Assembly (NCBI GenBank): GCA_028279745.1
Contig: JANQNC010000001.1
Span: 120,001-152,000, forward strand
Direction: 5' to 3'
DNA length: 32,000 nucleotides
From: Candidatus Nanoarchaeia archaeon
GTDB lineage: Archaea; Nanobdellota; Nanobdellia; Woesearchaeales; JANQNC01
The notes beneath the pieces are model-generated. The model searched no databases and was not told where the DNA came from. It saw only the letters and a list, made by a program, of their open reading frames with translations. Below, one piece after another: positions 8,812 to 16,772 of this stretch; position 1 is the first letter of the stretch, and each line of letters opens with the position of its first letter. The translations under genes were made by a program, and so were the position numbers.

Positions 8812-9702
8812 TTATTTGAGAATTCTATTGTATAATTCGATAGTTCTTTTAGTCTGTTCTTGATACACTTCTTTTTGTGTAAAGTCAATTCCTAATCTTT
8901 CTTTGCTTACTTTTTGAACTATGTTTTTAGCAAAGCCTGCAGGGTCTATGTTTTTTGGAAATATTGAGTTTCTTGAAGGGTGGAAGGTATGTTTTAAGTT
9001 TGAAAGATCTGTGTGCTTGTCAATAATACAAATAGAAATACAAGGAAGAAAAGTAGCGTCTATTTGTACAGTTTTCCTAAATCGATCGTACTTGCCAACT
9101 ATTTTGGAATAATGCATCCTGTCTAGCTCTTTAGCAATTTTTCTACCAAATCCTATTGTATCTGGTGCAATGTGTGTGTGATCGTGAGCTATCTTTTGAT
9201 AAGTCGATTTAAGATTTCTATTGTGTTCTTTGTAAACTTTTCCGTCTAGTTTGCATGCAAATACAATGTTGTCTTCACCTCTTATGATGCCTTCATTTTC
9301 GGATTCAATCTGGGTCTCATTTCCGATTCCGTTATTAGACCAAATAACAACCTCTTTGAAACCTTCCCTTAGTAGTGCTTCTGCAATATAAGCAATGTTT
9401 TTATCTCTATTTTTCGCCAAAGGATCGTATCTTTTGTCTGGGTCAACTGAAGAATCGGGAGCAATTGCACTTTCTGAAACTTCGTCTACTTTTTCTTTTG
9501 TGTCTAGGTCTTCAAATTTTAGAATTTTTCCATCTAAAGTTATTGGTCTTGAAGCGTAAAGAATGTGAAATGGTGTGTGAGGTCTTGCCATAGGAACAAC
9601 AAAAGCTTCTTCAAACTCGTAAATTGCGTTGATTCCTCTCACTTTGTATCCCTCGATCTCTTTTGGGAGACATAAGCTTGTGCAAAAGTTTAGTCTGTGC
9701 AT
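8812..9702 (-). CDS. hypothetical protein with HxHxH cluster (orphan)
   Basis: 296 aa, no family recognised. Contains PHTPFHILYASRP, SNNGIGNETQ and IAHDHTHIAPD. Start is 3 nt after the stop of the upstream ORF, suggesting translational coupling. Confidence 0.5.
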   Translation of the reverse strand: MHRLNFCTSLCLPKEIEGYKVRGINAIYEFEEAFVVPMARPHTPFHILYASRPITLDGKILKFEDLDTKEKVDEVSESAIAPDSSVDPDKRYDPLAKNRDKNIAYIAEALLREGFKEVVIWSNNGIGNETQIESENEGIIRGEDNIVFACKLDGKVYKEHNRNLKSTYQKIAHDHTHIAPDTIGFGRKIAKELDRMHYSKIVGKYDRFRKTVQIDATFLPCISICIIDKHTDLSNLKHTFHPSRNSIFPKNIDPAGFAKNIVQKVSKERLGIDFTQKEVYQEQTKRTIELYNRILK

Positions 9703-9705
9703 TTT

Positions 9706-10164
9706 TTAGTAATCATAATCACATTCGTCTTTTATGGGTGTGTTAATAATTTCAACAACTAATTCTTCTAGTTCTTTTCTTTCTTTTTTTTCGAGGTTGT
9801 GAATGTCTATTTTTTTACCTTGATATTGTGTGATGGAACTGGTTTGAGGAGGTAACCTTTTCTTGATAATTGTTGTTTCAGGTCCATCATAGCATATATT
9901 GAATTTGTAGTGTTTGGTTTCTAATTTAGTGTGTTGGAGTAAATGTTTTCTACTACTGCTTTCTGTGCCTTTATTTGTTTCTTCTATATCGGTTCTATGT
10001 GATTTTATAGACCAGTTTGCAATCTCTTTAGCTAGGTCATTTAGACTGAATCTTTTTTCTGCAACTTTAGTTACCAAGTCAGAGTTTCTTCTATAGATAT
10101 AATGAGAATTTCCAAATAGTCTCTTTTCTCCTACTCTGTATACATAAAAACAAACGTCTTTCAT
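9706..10164 (-). CDS. hypothetical protein (orphan), basic with acidic C-terminal tail ...DECDYDY
   Basis: 152 aa, no recognisable motif. First gene of a two-gene minus-strand unit. TATA-like AATTATAA about 32 nt upstream. Confidence 0.4.
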   Translation of the reverse strand: MKDVCFYVYRVGEKRLFGNSHYIYRRNSDLVTKVAEKRFSLNDLAKEIANWSIKSHRTDIEETNKGTESSSRKHLLQHTKLETKHYKFNICYDGPETTIIKKRLPPQTSSITQYQGKKIDIHNLEKKERKELEELVVEIINTPIKDECDYDY

Positions 10165-10205
10165 CTCTTGTTAGGGATATCTGATTAAGTCTTATAATTA
10201 GCTTA

Positions 10206-10234
10206 TATTATTTATATTCTGAATATAAATAATA
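10206..10234. promoter_or_regulatory. perfect 29-nt palindrome (14-bp arms) centred between two divergent TATA boxes; candidate operator
   Basis: TATTATTTATATTC-T-GAATATAAATAATA checked base by base. Flanked by a minus-strand TATA (10191-10198) and a plus-strand TATA (10240-10247). Confidence 0.45.
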
Positions 10235-10270
10235 GAAAGTTATATAAATAATGCTTCATTTCTATATATT

Positions 10271-11167
10271 ATGAAGAGGAAATTGATCAAGCAAGGTAAA
10301 GGAGCATTAACAATCTCTTTACCTAAAGAATGGGTAGAATTCCATGGGTTGAAAGCAGGAGAAGAGGTAGATGTAAATGAAGAAGAAAATGATCTTTTAA
10401 TCAAAGCAGGTGATTCAAACTATGTTAAAACCGCAAGTATAAATTTAGATTTTGACACTTCTGAAAGTTATAGAAGTATTATTGGCGGGTTATATAGGGG
10501 CGGGTTTGATGAGATAAATGTTGACTTTACAGATAAAAGAGTCATCCCTGATCTTCAGAAAGCAGTTGACTCATTATACGGTTTTGAAGTTTTAGATGTT
10601 AATGAATCAGGTTGTACCATAAAATACATACACAAAGGAGAGTCAACAGACATAACTTCTCACATAAGAAGAATAATCCATACAATAAAGACAATGCAAA
10701 CTATCTTGGGTGAAGACATAAAAGCTAAACAAACAAATTCTAAAAATGAGATCCTTCAATTCAGAAATAATGTGTTAAAACAGAGAGATCTGATTTTGAA
10801 AATAATCAAAAATCAGAAATTACTTGATAATCAACATTTTCCTTACTATAACATTTCAATATGTTTATGGAATGTGGCAAGAAATTACTACCTTATGTAT
10901 CTTAATCTTGGATCTGGTAAAAAATATTCTCCAAAAAGTATAAACTTCCTTAACAAGACAAACAAATTCTTTTCAGACCAGTTTAATGGATTTACTTCAC
11001 TAAGTGCTAAAGATTTTATCAAAAGAAACAAAGACTACCAGAAAATAAGATCAGAAGGACTTAACCTGATGAATAGTGAAAATTCTATCTTAGTTTCATT
11101 CTGTATCAACATAATCTTGTCGATCCAATCAGCAGACTCATCAATATTCCTTCTGAACCATAAATAG
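10271..11167 (+). CDS. AbrB/SpoVT-domain DNA-binding protein with PhoU-like C-terminal region
   Basis: 298 aa. N-terminus MKRKLIKQGKGALTISLPKEWVEFHGLKAGEEVDV is a typical AbrB/SpoVT swapped-hairpin motif. The helical remainder resembles archaeal PhoU-type regulators. Confidence 0.55.
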   Translation: MKRKLIKQGKGALTISLPKEWVEFHGLKAGEEVDVNEEENDLLIKAGDSNYVKTASINLDFDTSESYRSIIGGLYRGGFDEINVDFTDKRVIPDLQKAVDSLYGFEVLDVNESGCTIKYIHKGESTDITSHIRRIIHTIKTMQTILGEDIKAKQTNSKNEILQFRNNVLKQRDLILKIIKNQKLLDNQHFPYYNISICLWNVARNYYLMYLNLGSGKKYSPKSINFLNKTNKFFSDQFNGFTSLSAKDFIKRNKDYQKIRSEGLNLMNSENSILVSFCINIILSIQSADSSIFLLNHK

Positions 11168-11202
11168 CAACCTTTTTATACAGTTAACCCTTGGGAACAG
11201 TT

Positions 11203-12273
11203 ATGGACTGTAAAGAGCTGATGCAATTCTTGACAAAACAAAAACTGTTTGATGTTGTGAAAGAGAATGCGTACTATTTCAAACGAGTGTTCAAGCAATG
11301 CCTAGATGCAAAACCAGATGATGAAATTCTGTTGGTGAGTGATTTAGGTGAAGGAAAGAAAAGTGTTGCAGCTATGGTGGCAGGAGCATACTGTCTAGCA
11401 GCACAATCATTAGATCTAGATCTTAAGACAATCTTACAGAAGAATCCTAATCCCAGGCTAGCAGATGAAAGAGTAGTTGAAGCATTAGGATCAATGCCAA
11501 AAGGAAGTATTGTATTAATGTCATTAACGAATAAATTAGGGTCATTAAAAGAAGGAGAAAAAAGTTATAGAAAACTAGTAAAAGCAAGAGGATACAAGTT
11601 TACATCATCAACAAGTTTAGGAGGATTACCAAATAAACATTTTGAAAGCTTTGTGAAAGCTGTAGATATCGATTATACAGACCTGCAGATGAGAATGCAG
11701 GCAGTAAAAGAAAAATTAGATGCAGGTACAGATGTAAATGTTACAACTCCTGCAGGCACAGATGTCAATCTGAGAATAAAACATCACGGTGCAATAAGCG
11801 TATCTGGAGACTACACAAAAGAAGGCTCTGGCGGAAACATACCTGTAGGAGAAGTTTATCTAGCGCCTGATAAGAAAAAAGTAGAAGGCACAATAGTGAT
11901 AGATGGAAGTATGAGAAACGATAGAGGCACAAAATTGATCAAGACTCCTATAAAGATGACTGTTGAAGACGGTTCTGTGGTGGATATATCTGGAGGAAAA
12001 GAAGCAGAGCTATTAGATAAATCGTTACAAGCAGCAGAAAAAAGAGCAAAATATCCTTGGGGGATCAGAAGAGTTGGGGAGTTAGGGATAGGAATGAATC
12101 CTGGAGCTAAGATAATCGGCAGTACTTTGATTGATGAGAAAACATTAGATACATGTCATTTTGCTTTAGGAAGCAATTATTGGTTTGGCGGCACAATAAA
12201 AGCAATCATACATTATGATCAAGTTCTAAAGAATCCTAAGATAACTATTGATGGAGAAGAGCTAAAGATTTAA
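11203..12273 (+). CDS. M29-family aminopeptidase (AmpS/PepS/aminopeptidase T-like)
   Basis: Blocks GGNIPVGEVYLAP, VGELGIGMNPGA, LIDEKTLDTCHFALGSNY. I prefer ATG 11203, which has the TATA box TTTATACA 28 nt upstream, over the track's TTG at 11191. Confidence 0.7.
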   Translation: MDCKELMQFLTKQKLFDVVKENAYYFKRVFKQCLDAKPDDEILLVSDLGEGKKSVAAMVAGAYCLAAQSLDLDLKTILQKNPNPRLADERVVEALGSMPKGSIVLMSLTNKLGSLKEGEKSYRKLVKARGYKFTSSTSLGGLPNKHFESFVKAVDIDYTDLQMRMQAVKEKLDAGTDVNVTTPAGTDVNLRIKHHGAISVSGDYTKEGSGGNIPVGEVYLAPDKKKVEGTIVIDGSMRNDRGTKLIKTPIKMTVEDGSVVDISGGKEAELLDKSLQAAEKRAKYPWGIRRVGELGIGMNPGAKIIGSTLIDEKTLDTCHFALGSNYWFGGTIKAIIHYDQVLKNPKITIDGEELKI

Positions 12274-12278
12274 TCTTT

Positions 12279-12536
12279 CTAGTCGTAATCTTTTTTTGGG
12301 TAATGTTCTGTAGGGTCAGGAATGTCGTGTTGTATGAATCCTTGAAAGTTAGGGTCAGTAAACCCTGCAGGGTGTACTGTGTGGCCTATGTTTTCAGCTA
12401 TTGGTCCAAGACTTGGTCCGACACCAATTTCTCCAACAGTATCGCTTATGTCTCCGAAGTCAGATCTTATTATTCCTTCTTTCTTTAGTTCATTCAGAAA
12501 GTTATCAATTTTTTTCATAAGAGTGTAGTTTTCCAT
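12279..12536 (-). CDS. small hypothetical protein (85 aa), last gene of the envelope operon
   Basis: ORF only. Starts 3 nt after the upstream stop. No motif recognised. Confidence 0.35.
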   Translation of the reverse strand: MENYTLMKKIDNFLNELKKEGIIRSDFGDISDTVGEIGVGPSLGPIAENIGHTVHPAGFTDPNFQGFIQHDIPDPTEHYPKKDYD

Positions 12537-12539
12537 TTT

Positions 12540-12953
12540 CTATTGAACAATTTTCAAATCAATAACTTCAACACCTGTGCCTTCGAATAAAAGGTCTGCG
12601 TTGTAGTTCTCTTTGTTACCTTCAACTTCTAAATTAACTTGGCTGGAAGGTTTTGGATTTGGTGGGAATTCATTTTTGCCGCACCATTCGCAATATACAT
12701 TATTAAGAAGCCTTGCCTTAATAATCTTATCGCCGTTTGTAAGCAAAACGCCTTTGTAAGTGTTATCGCACCCTTCACTATCTCTATAAGCTGTGTTGTA
12801 ACCGTCAAAATAATCTACTTTGTAAAATCCATTAAGGTGAGAAAGATCATCATCACTAACTTTTTCACCTGGTAAAAGTATGAGTAAGCCTATAGTTGCA
12901 ACTAATCCAATCAGTAAAACAAGTAAAGCTTTCATAAGTGTTTTTGTGTTCAT
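12540..12953 (-). CDS. N-terminally membrane-anchored hypothetical protein
   Basis: 137 aa. TM segment ALLVLLIGLVATIGLLILL followed by a Cys-containing extracytoplasmic domain. Confidence 0.5.
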   Translation of the reverse strand: MNTKTLMKALLVLLIGLVATIGLLILLPGEKVSDDDLSHLNGFYKVDYFDGYNTAYRDSEGCDNTYKGVLLTNGDKIIKARLLNNVYCEWCGKNEFPPNPKPSSQVNLEVEGNKENYNADLLFEGTGVEVIDLKIVQ

Positions 12954-12983
12954 TTTAAAAAAATAAATAAAAGAATACTGGGT

Positions 12984-14969
12984 TTACCAGTATCTCATTA
13001 CTAAGAATATTCCTAGGCCGATGAATCCAACAATTGCTAATACAAGAACTGTTGTCAAAGCGATACCTTCCCAGTTAACTTCCTCAACGTACTCAGCAAT
13101 AGCTGCTCCGCCTTGTCCGTTACCGCCAACAGTAATGTCTGAACCGATTACTCCAACTCCGCCAGGTGTTGTACCTGTCGAGGTTGTTTGGTCAGATGAT
13201 CCGGATGTAGAGTCTGATCCGCATTCTTTAACTGTTAGTTTTAGGGTTTCTGTTTCACTAACATCGTCGTTTTTAGCCTTAACAATTATTGTGTAATCGT
13301 CAGCACTAACTTCGTCAATGTTTAATGTGAAAGTATCGTCCCATTTATCGCCTTCATCTAGGTCAATATTGTCTTCTTCGATATCAATACCTAGTTTTGA
13401 ATTTTCGATTGAAAGCTCGATGTTGTTTTGATCATTTGAACCTGTGTTCTTCATCTCAACTTCAATCTCAATGCTTGTTTCATCACAAGCAAGCTCGTCA
13501 GGTGTAACTCTTAATGTTTCAAAGGTTAGTTCATCTTCTTCTCTGTCTATCTCTAGAGTGAAGTTCAGAACATCTTCGTGCTCAACATCGTTATCATCAG
13601 TTCCTGTTGCTGTGATTAAAACTTGGTATTTGTCATCATTTCTAACATCGCTGTCAACCTTAAATGAGAACTTAGCTTTTTCGTCATCATCCTTGTTTCT
13701 TTCGCCAGGGTCAAGTTTTCCAACTGATTCTGATTCTGAGTCATCCCAGTCATCATCGTCAAGAGGATCTATCTCAATCTTAACATCGATGCTTCTTATG
13801 TCAACATTTTCATCATCTGTAAATAAGTTCTTAACAACAACTTCAAACTCGATCTCTTCGTCAGGTGATACCTTTTCGTTATCTCCTTCGTTTATTGAGG
13901 TTGTGTCTCCATCAATTATCATGTCAACATCGTAGATACTTAGTTTACTTTCAAGCTCAACTGTTACAGGGATTGTTTTTGTGATTCCTGCTCCTTCAGC
14001 TCTTATTGTACCTGTGTATGTCTCAGCATCTAGGCTGTCTGAAGCTGCTAGTGTAACTAAAACATCTCTTGAAGCTCCTGCTTGAACTAAGAATGAGTCT
14101 TGATCAAATACAAGGTCTAGATCAGATACTGTTTCTGAAAGGTTAACCATAACATCAGCTGATCCTGTGTTGTTTATTGTAAATGTTGCATTCAATGATT
14201 CGTTCCAGCTTCCACTTAGGCTAACTGAGCTATCTTCAAACTTGAAGTCTGCTACAGGTGGAACAACATTCAATGTTATATCTGATGTATCAGCTCCGCC
14301 GTTAAATGCGCCTGTAAGTGTTCCTACGTAAGCACCATCTGCAATACCTGAAGGTATTGTTACTTGTACTTGGATAGGTTTTGTTTGGCCAACTGCCAGG
14401 TTTGTGGATTGTGGTGTGAATTGAACACTTGAAGATCCGATTGTTGTGTTTCCAGTTAGTCCTGTGCTTGATAATCCAACAGTAACTTCATCATTTCCAA
14501 CGTTTTGTACGCTTAGAACTCCTGTAACTGTCTGACCAGCAACTCCTGATATTACAACATCATTCATTGTAACGTTCATAACTGGCTCTTCTACATTTAG
14601 TACAAATACAAAGTCGTTGTTTGTTTCATCTTCTTCTGTAACTGTGTTTTCAGGATCCATTGAAACTGTAACGTTGTATGTTGCACTTTGGTTAAAATAT
14701 ACTTCTATGTTGTGTGTTGTTGCTGAGTTATCTGCAAAAACAGGGATTGTTCTTGTAGCTATAACTGAGTTATCAACACTTACGGTGTAATTAAACATAT
14801 TAGCTGTTTCGTTTCCGTTGTTTGCAAGGTCAATTACTAGTAAGGTGTTTGAATCTGCGATTGCAGGATCAACTAGACTTACATCCATGTCATCAACGGT
14901 TAGGTCTGGCAAAGCGAACACTGCTGTCATTGCCATCAATATTGTTAATATTAGTGTTAGTTTTTTCAT
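12984..14969 (-). CDS. acidic cell-surface protein with CARDB-type repeats, S/T/G-rich stalk and C-terminal TM anchor
   Basis: Start moved to MKKLTLILTILMAMTAVFA (ATG 14967-14969, GGTGAGGT SD upstream). CARDB hallmark ...VTVSMDPENTVTEEDETNND. C-terminus GIALTTVLVLAIVGFIGLGIFLVMRYW. Confidence 0.7.
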   Translation of the reverse strand: MKKLTLILTILMAMTAVFALPDLTVDDMDVSLVDPAIADSNTLLVIDLANNGNETANMFNYTVSVDNSVIATRTIPVFADNSATTHNIEVYFNQSATYNVTVSMDPENTVTEEDETNNDFVFVLNVEEPVMNVTMNDVVISGVAGQTVTGVLSVQNVGNDEVTVGLSSTGLTGNTTIGSSSVQFTPQSTNLAVGQTKPIQVQVTIPSGIADGAYVGTLTGAFNGGADTSDITLNVVPPVADFKFEDSSVSLSGSWNESLNATFTINNTGSADVMVNLSETVSDLDLVFDQDSFLVQAGASRDVLVTLAASDSLDAETYTGTIRAEGAGITKTIPVTVELESKLSIYDVDMIIDGDTTSINEGDNEKVSPDEEIEFEVVVKNLFTDDENVDIRSIDVKIEIDPLDDDDWDDSESESVGKLDPGERNKDDDEKAKFSFKVDSDVRNDDKYQVLITATGTDDNDVEHEDVLNFTLEIDREEDELTFETLRVTPDELACDETSIEIEVEMKNTGSNDQNNIELSIENSKLGIDIEEDNIDLDEGDKWDDTFTLNIDEVSADDYTIIVKAKNDDVSETETLKLTVKECGSDSTSGSSDQTTSTGTTPGGVGVIGSDITVGGNGQGGAAIAEYVEEVNWEGIALTTVLVLAIVGFIGLGIFLVMRYW

Positions 14970-14974
14970 TGTTC

Positions 14975-15667
14975 TTACCTCACCAAGTTTATTCTTTGTG
15001 TTTGGACGCCCTTGTCTGTTTCCATTCTGACTAAGTATGTGCCAGATGAAAGATCGTTTGCATTCCATCCCACAGTGTATCTTCCTGCGTCTAGTTTGCC
15101 GTTAACAAGGTTTTCAATCATTCTTCCTTTTGTATCATAGACACCTATCTTTACATCTCCTGCATTATCCAAATCAAATATTACATTTGTTGACGGGTTT
15201 GCAGGGTTAGGTGCTGCTGTCAATCCATATTCTGGATTTTGAGCTGGCTGCTCAATGCCAATGCCATTAACAACATCTTCGATACCTTTCAAATCTTTTT
15301 CAACTTCACTAACTGCGCTGTCTAGGTTAGCTGAAGTATCGATTGCTTTGAAGTATAATGAGTTTTCATATGTTGCAGAGTCTTGCAATGCTGCTGTTGA
15401 GTCATCTGCGAAACTTATGTATCCTGCTTGGAATACCATTTCTGGTTCGCTGTCTGCGTTGACCATTATACATTGGTTCATCTCTTGGAAATTGCCATTT
15501 CTATCATACTCATACTGTTTTGTCTTAAGACTGTCAGTTTGTTGAGCGGTAGGGAATTTTTCAACTAGCTTGTTGTAGAATTCTGCCATTGTAAAAGGCA
15601 TGGCTGCCTGAGCTGCAATTAACAATGCAGCGGTTGTAGCTACGATTTTTCCTTTTATGCTTTTCAT
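14975..15667 (-). CDS. secreted protein with C-terminal T9SS-type-A-sorting / FlgD-Ig-like beta-sandwich domain
   Basis: 230 aa. Signal peptide MKSIKGKIVATTAALLIAAQAAMP. Last 84 aa read NPANPSTNVIFDL..VKIGVYDTKGRMIENLV..AGRYTVGWNANDLSSGTYLVRMETDKGVQTQRINLVR. AAGGAGG SD plus an A7 spacer before the ATG. Confidence 0.6.
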   Translation of the reverse strand: MKSIKGKIVATTAALLIAAQAAMPFTMAEFYNKLVEKFPTAQQTDSLKTKQYEYDRNGNFQEMNQCIMVNADSEPEMVFQAGYISFADDSTAALQDSATYENSLYFKAIDTSANLDSAVSEVEKDLKGIEDVVNGIGIEQPAQNPEYGLTAAPNPANPSTNVIFDLDNAGDVKIGVYDTKGRMIENLVNGKLDAGRYTVGWNANDLSSGTYLVRMETDKGVQTQRINLVR

Positions 15668-15968
15668 TTTTTTTCCTCCTTATTTTAGCCCTTTTTAGTA
15701 GTCCGGAACTTTTTGGGCTTATTTTGGATTAAATACCGTTATAACGCCTGTTTTGGTGTTTTTTGGAATTTAATGTGCTTTTCTGCTGATTAAAAGTCAG
15801 CATCTGTTGTATTTTTATCACTGTTGAGTAACGATATATACTATTTAAAGCTTTCTATTGTCTTAAGTCTGAACTCATTTTGCTCTTTACCGACGTTCAA
15901 ACCAACCCCAACCGATTGATGTTAGTATTAGTCAGTAGTATATAAACATTGTGTCTATTTTGATAGAA

Positions 15969-16637
15969 TTAGGTGGTTTGAAGCAGTATTTTGTCCAAAC
16001 TGTATATTTCCTTTAATCTGTAGTCTGCAACCGTCTTTTGTCTAGGTTCGCCATTTACAAGCGCTGTAAGTATGTTTAAGCTGTTAGCTGGGACTATGTC
16101 TACCTGTTCTCTATCTCCTACAAACATCATCTGTTCCAGTGAAATTCCTAAAGTTGTGGCAACATATCTGAATGCAGAACCATCTTCTCTTGTGTGGTCA
16201 GTTCTGCCGTATTGTGGGATCGAGAATGTAGTTTCACTAATGCCTAATGCGTTAAGTTTTGAGATTGCATCATCTTTTTTACTGCTTGTTATTAGATATA
16301 GTTCGTATTCTTCGTGTAATTTCCTCATAAGTTCAACTAGTTTTGGATCTTCTTTGAGGTATTGTGCTATGTTCGCTTGAGCGATAGCTTCTTGAGCAAT
16401 CTTTGCTCCTTCGGGAATTCCCATTGCCAATAAAGAACGTCTAACACTTTGTTTTTCATCATAGAGTTTTTTGTAGCCTTCTTTTATCTCTTTAGTCGGG
16501 ATCCCTAGAATCTCATGCGCTTTTTGGATAACATATTTTTCGATCATATGAGAAGCTTTCCCGTCGGGCTTGTATAAAGTCTTGTCTAGATCAAAACCAA
16601 CCGCTCTTATCCCCCTATCGATAACCTTTAAGTCCAT
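15969..16637 (-). CDS. HAD-superfamily hydrolase/phosphatase
   Basis: 222 aa. Motif I VGFDLDKTLY, motif II LITSS, motif IV FVGDREQVDI. TATA box 30 nt upstream on the minus strand (16660-16667). Confidence 0.75.
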   Translation of the reverse strand: MDLKVIDRGIRAVGFDLDKTLYKPDGKASHMIEKYVIQKAHEILGIPTKEIKEGYKKLYDEKQSVRRSLLAMGIPEGAKIAQEAIAQANIAQYLKEDPKLVELMRKLHEEYELYLITSSKKDDAISKLNALGISETTFSIPQYGRTDHTREDGSAFRYVATTLGISLEQMMFVGDREQVDIVPANSLNILTALVNGEPRQKTVADYRLKEIYSLDKILLQTT

Positions 16638-16772
16638 ACTTTAGGTAGTGGTTATTATCTATATAAATATATCATTAATAGATAGTTACAAGATGTTTTT
16701 ATTATGAAATTAAGATAATTTTAAATAGTTCCAACTTTTGATGTTAGTTATCAATTTATGGGGTGGTTAATA

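Noticed and set aside
9706-12536. Shared acidic/aromatic C-terminal tails: ...DECDYDY (152-aa ORF), ...PKKDYD (85-aa ORF) and ...QPNYDF (open frame ending at 21974)
   Set aside because: A three-residue resemblance in an Asp/Tyr/Asn-rich AT-biased proteome is too weak to call a motif.
13444-13935. 163-aa Ser-rich plus-strand ORF, plus others at 13021-13296 and 14818-15034
   Set aside because: These are antisense shadows of the highly acidic CARDB surface-protein gene. The low-complexity Ser/Leu composition is the mirror of the Asp/Glu codons.
14970-15068. 33-codon N-terminal extension of the 694-aa ORF (MECKRSFIWHIL...)
   Set aside because: It overlaps the 3' end of the upstream gene. The internal ATG at 14969 is preceded by GGTGAGGT and starts a proper signal peptide (MKKLTLILTILMAMTAVFA).
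15890-15915. GTTCAAACC, superficially like a tRNA T-arm, in the long spacer
   Set aside because: No acceptor, D or anticodon stems can be drawn around it on either strand. I could not find any tRNA in the window.
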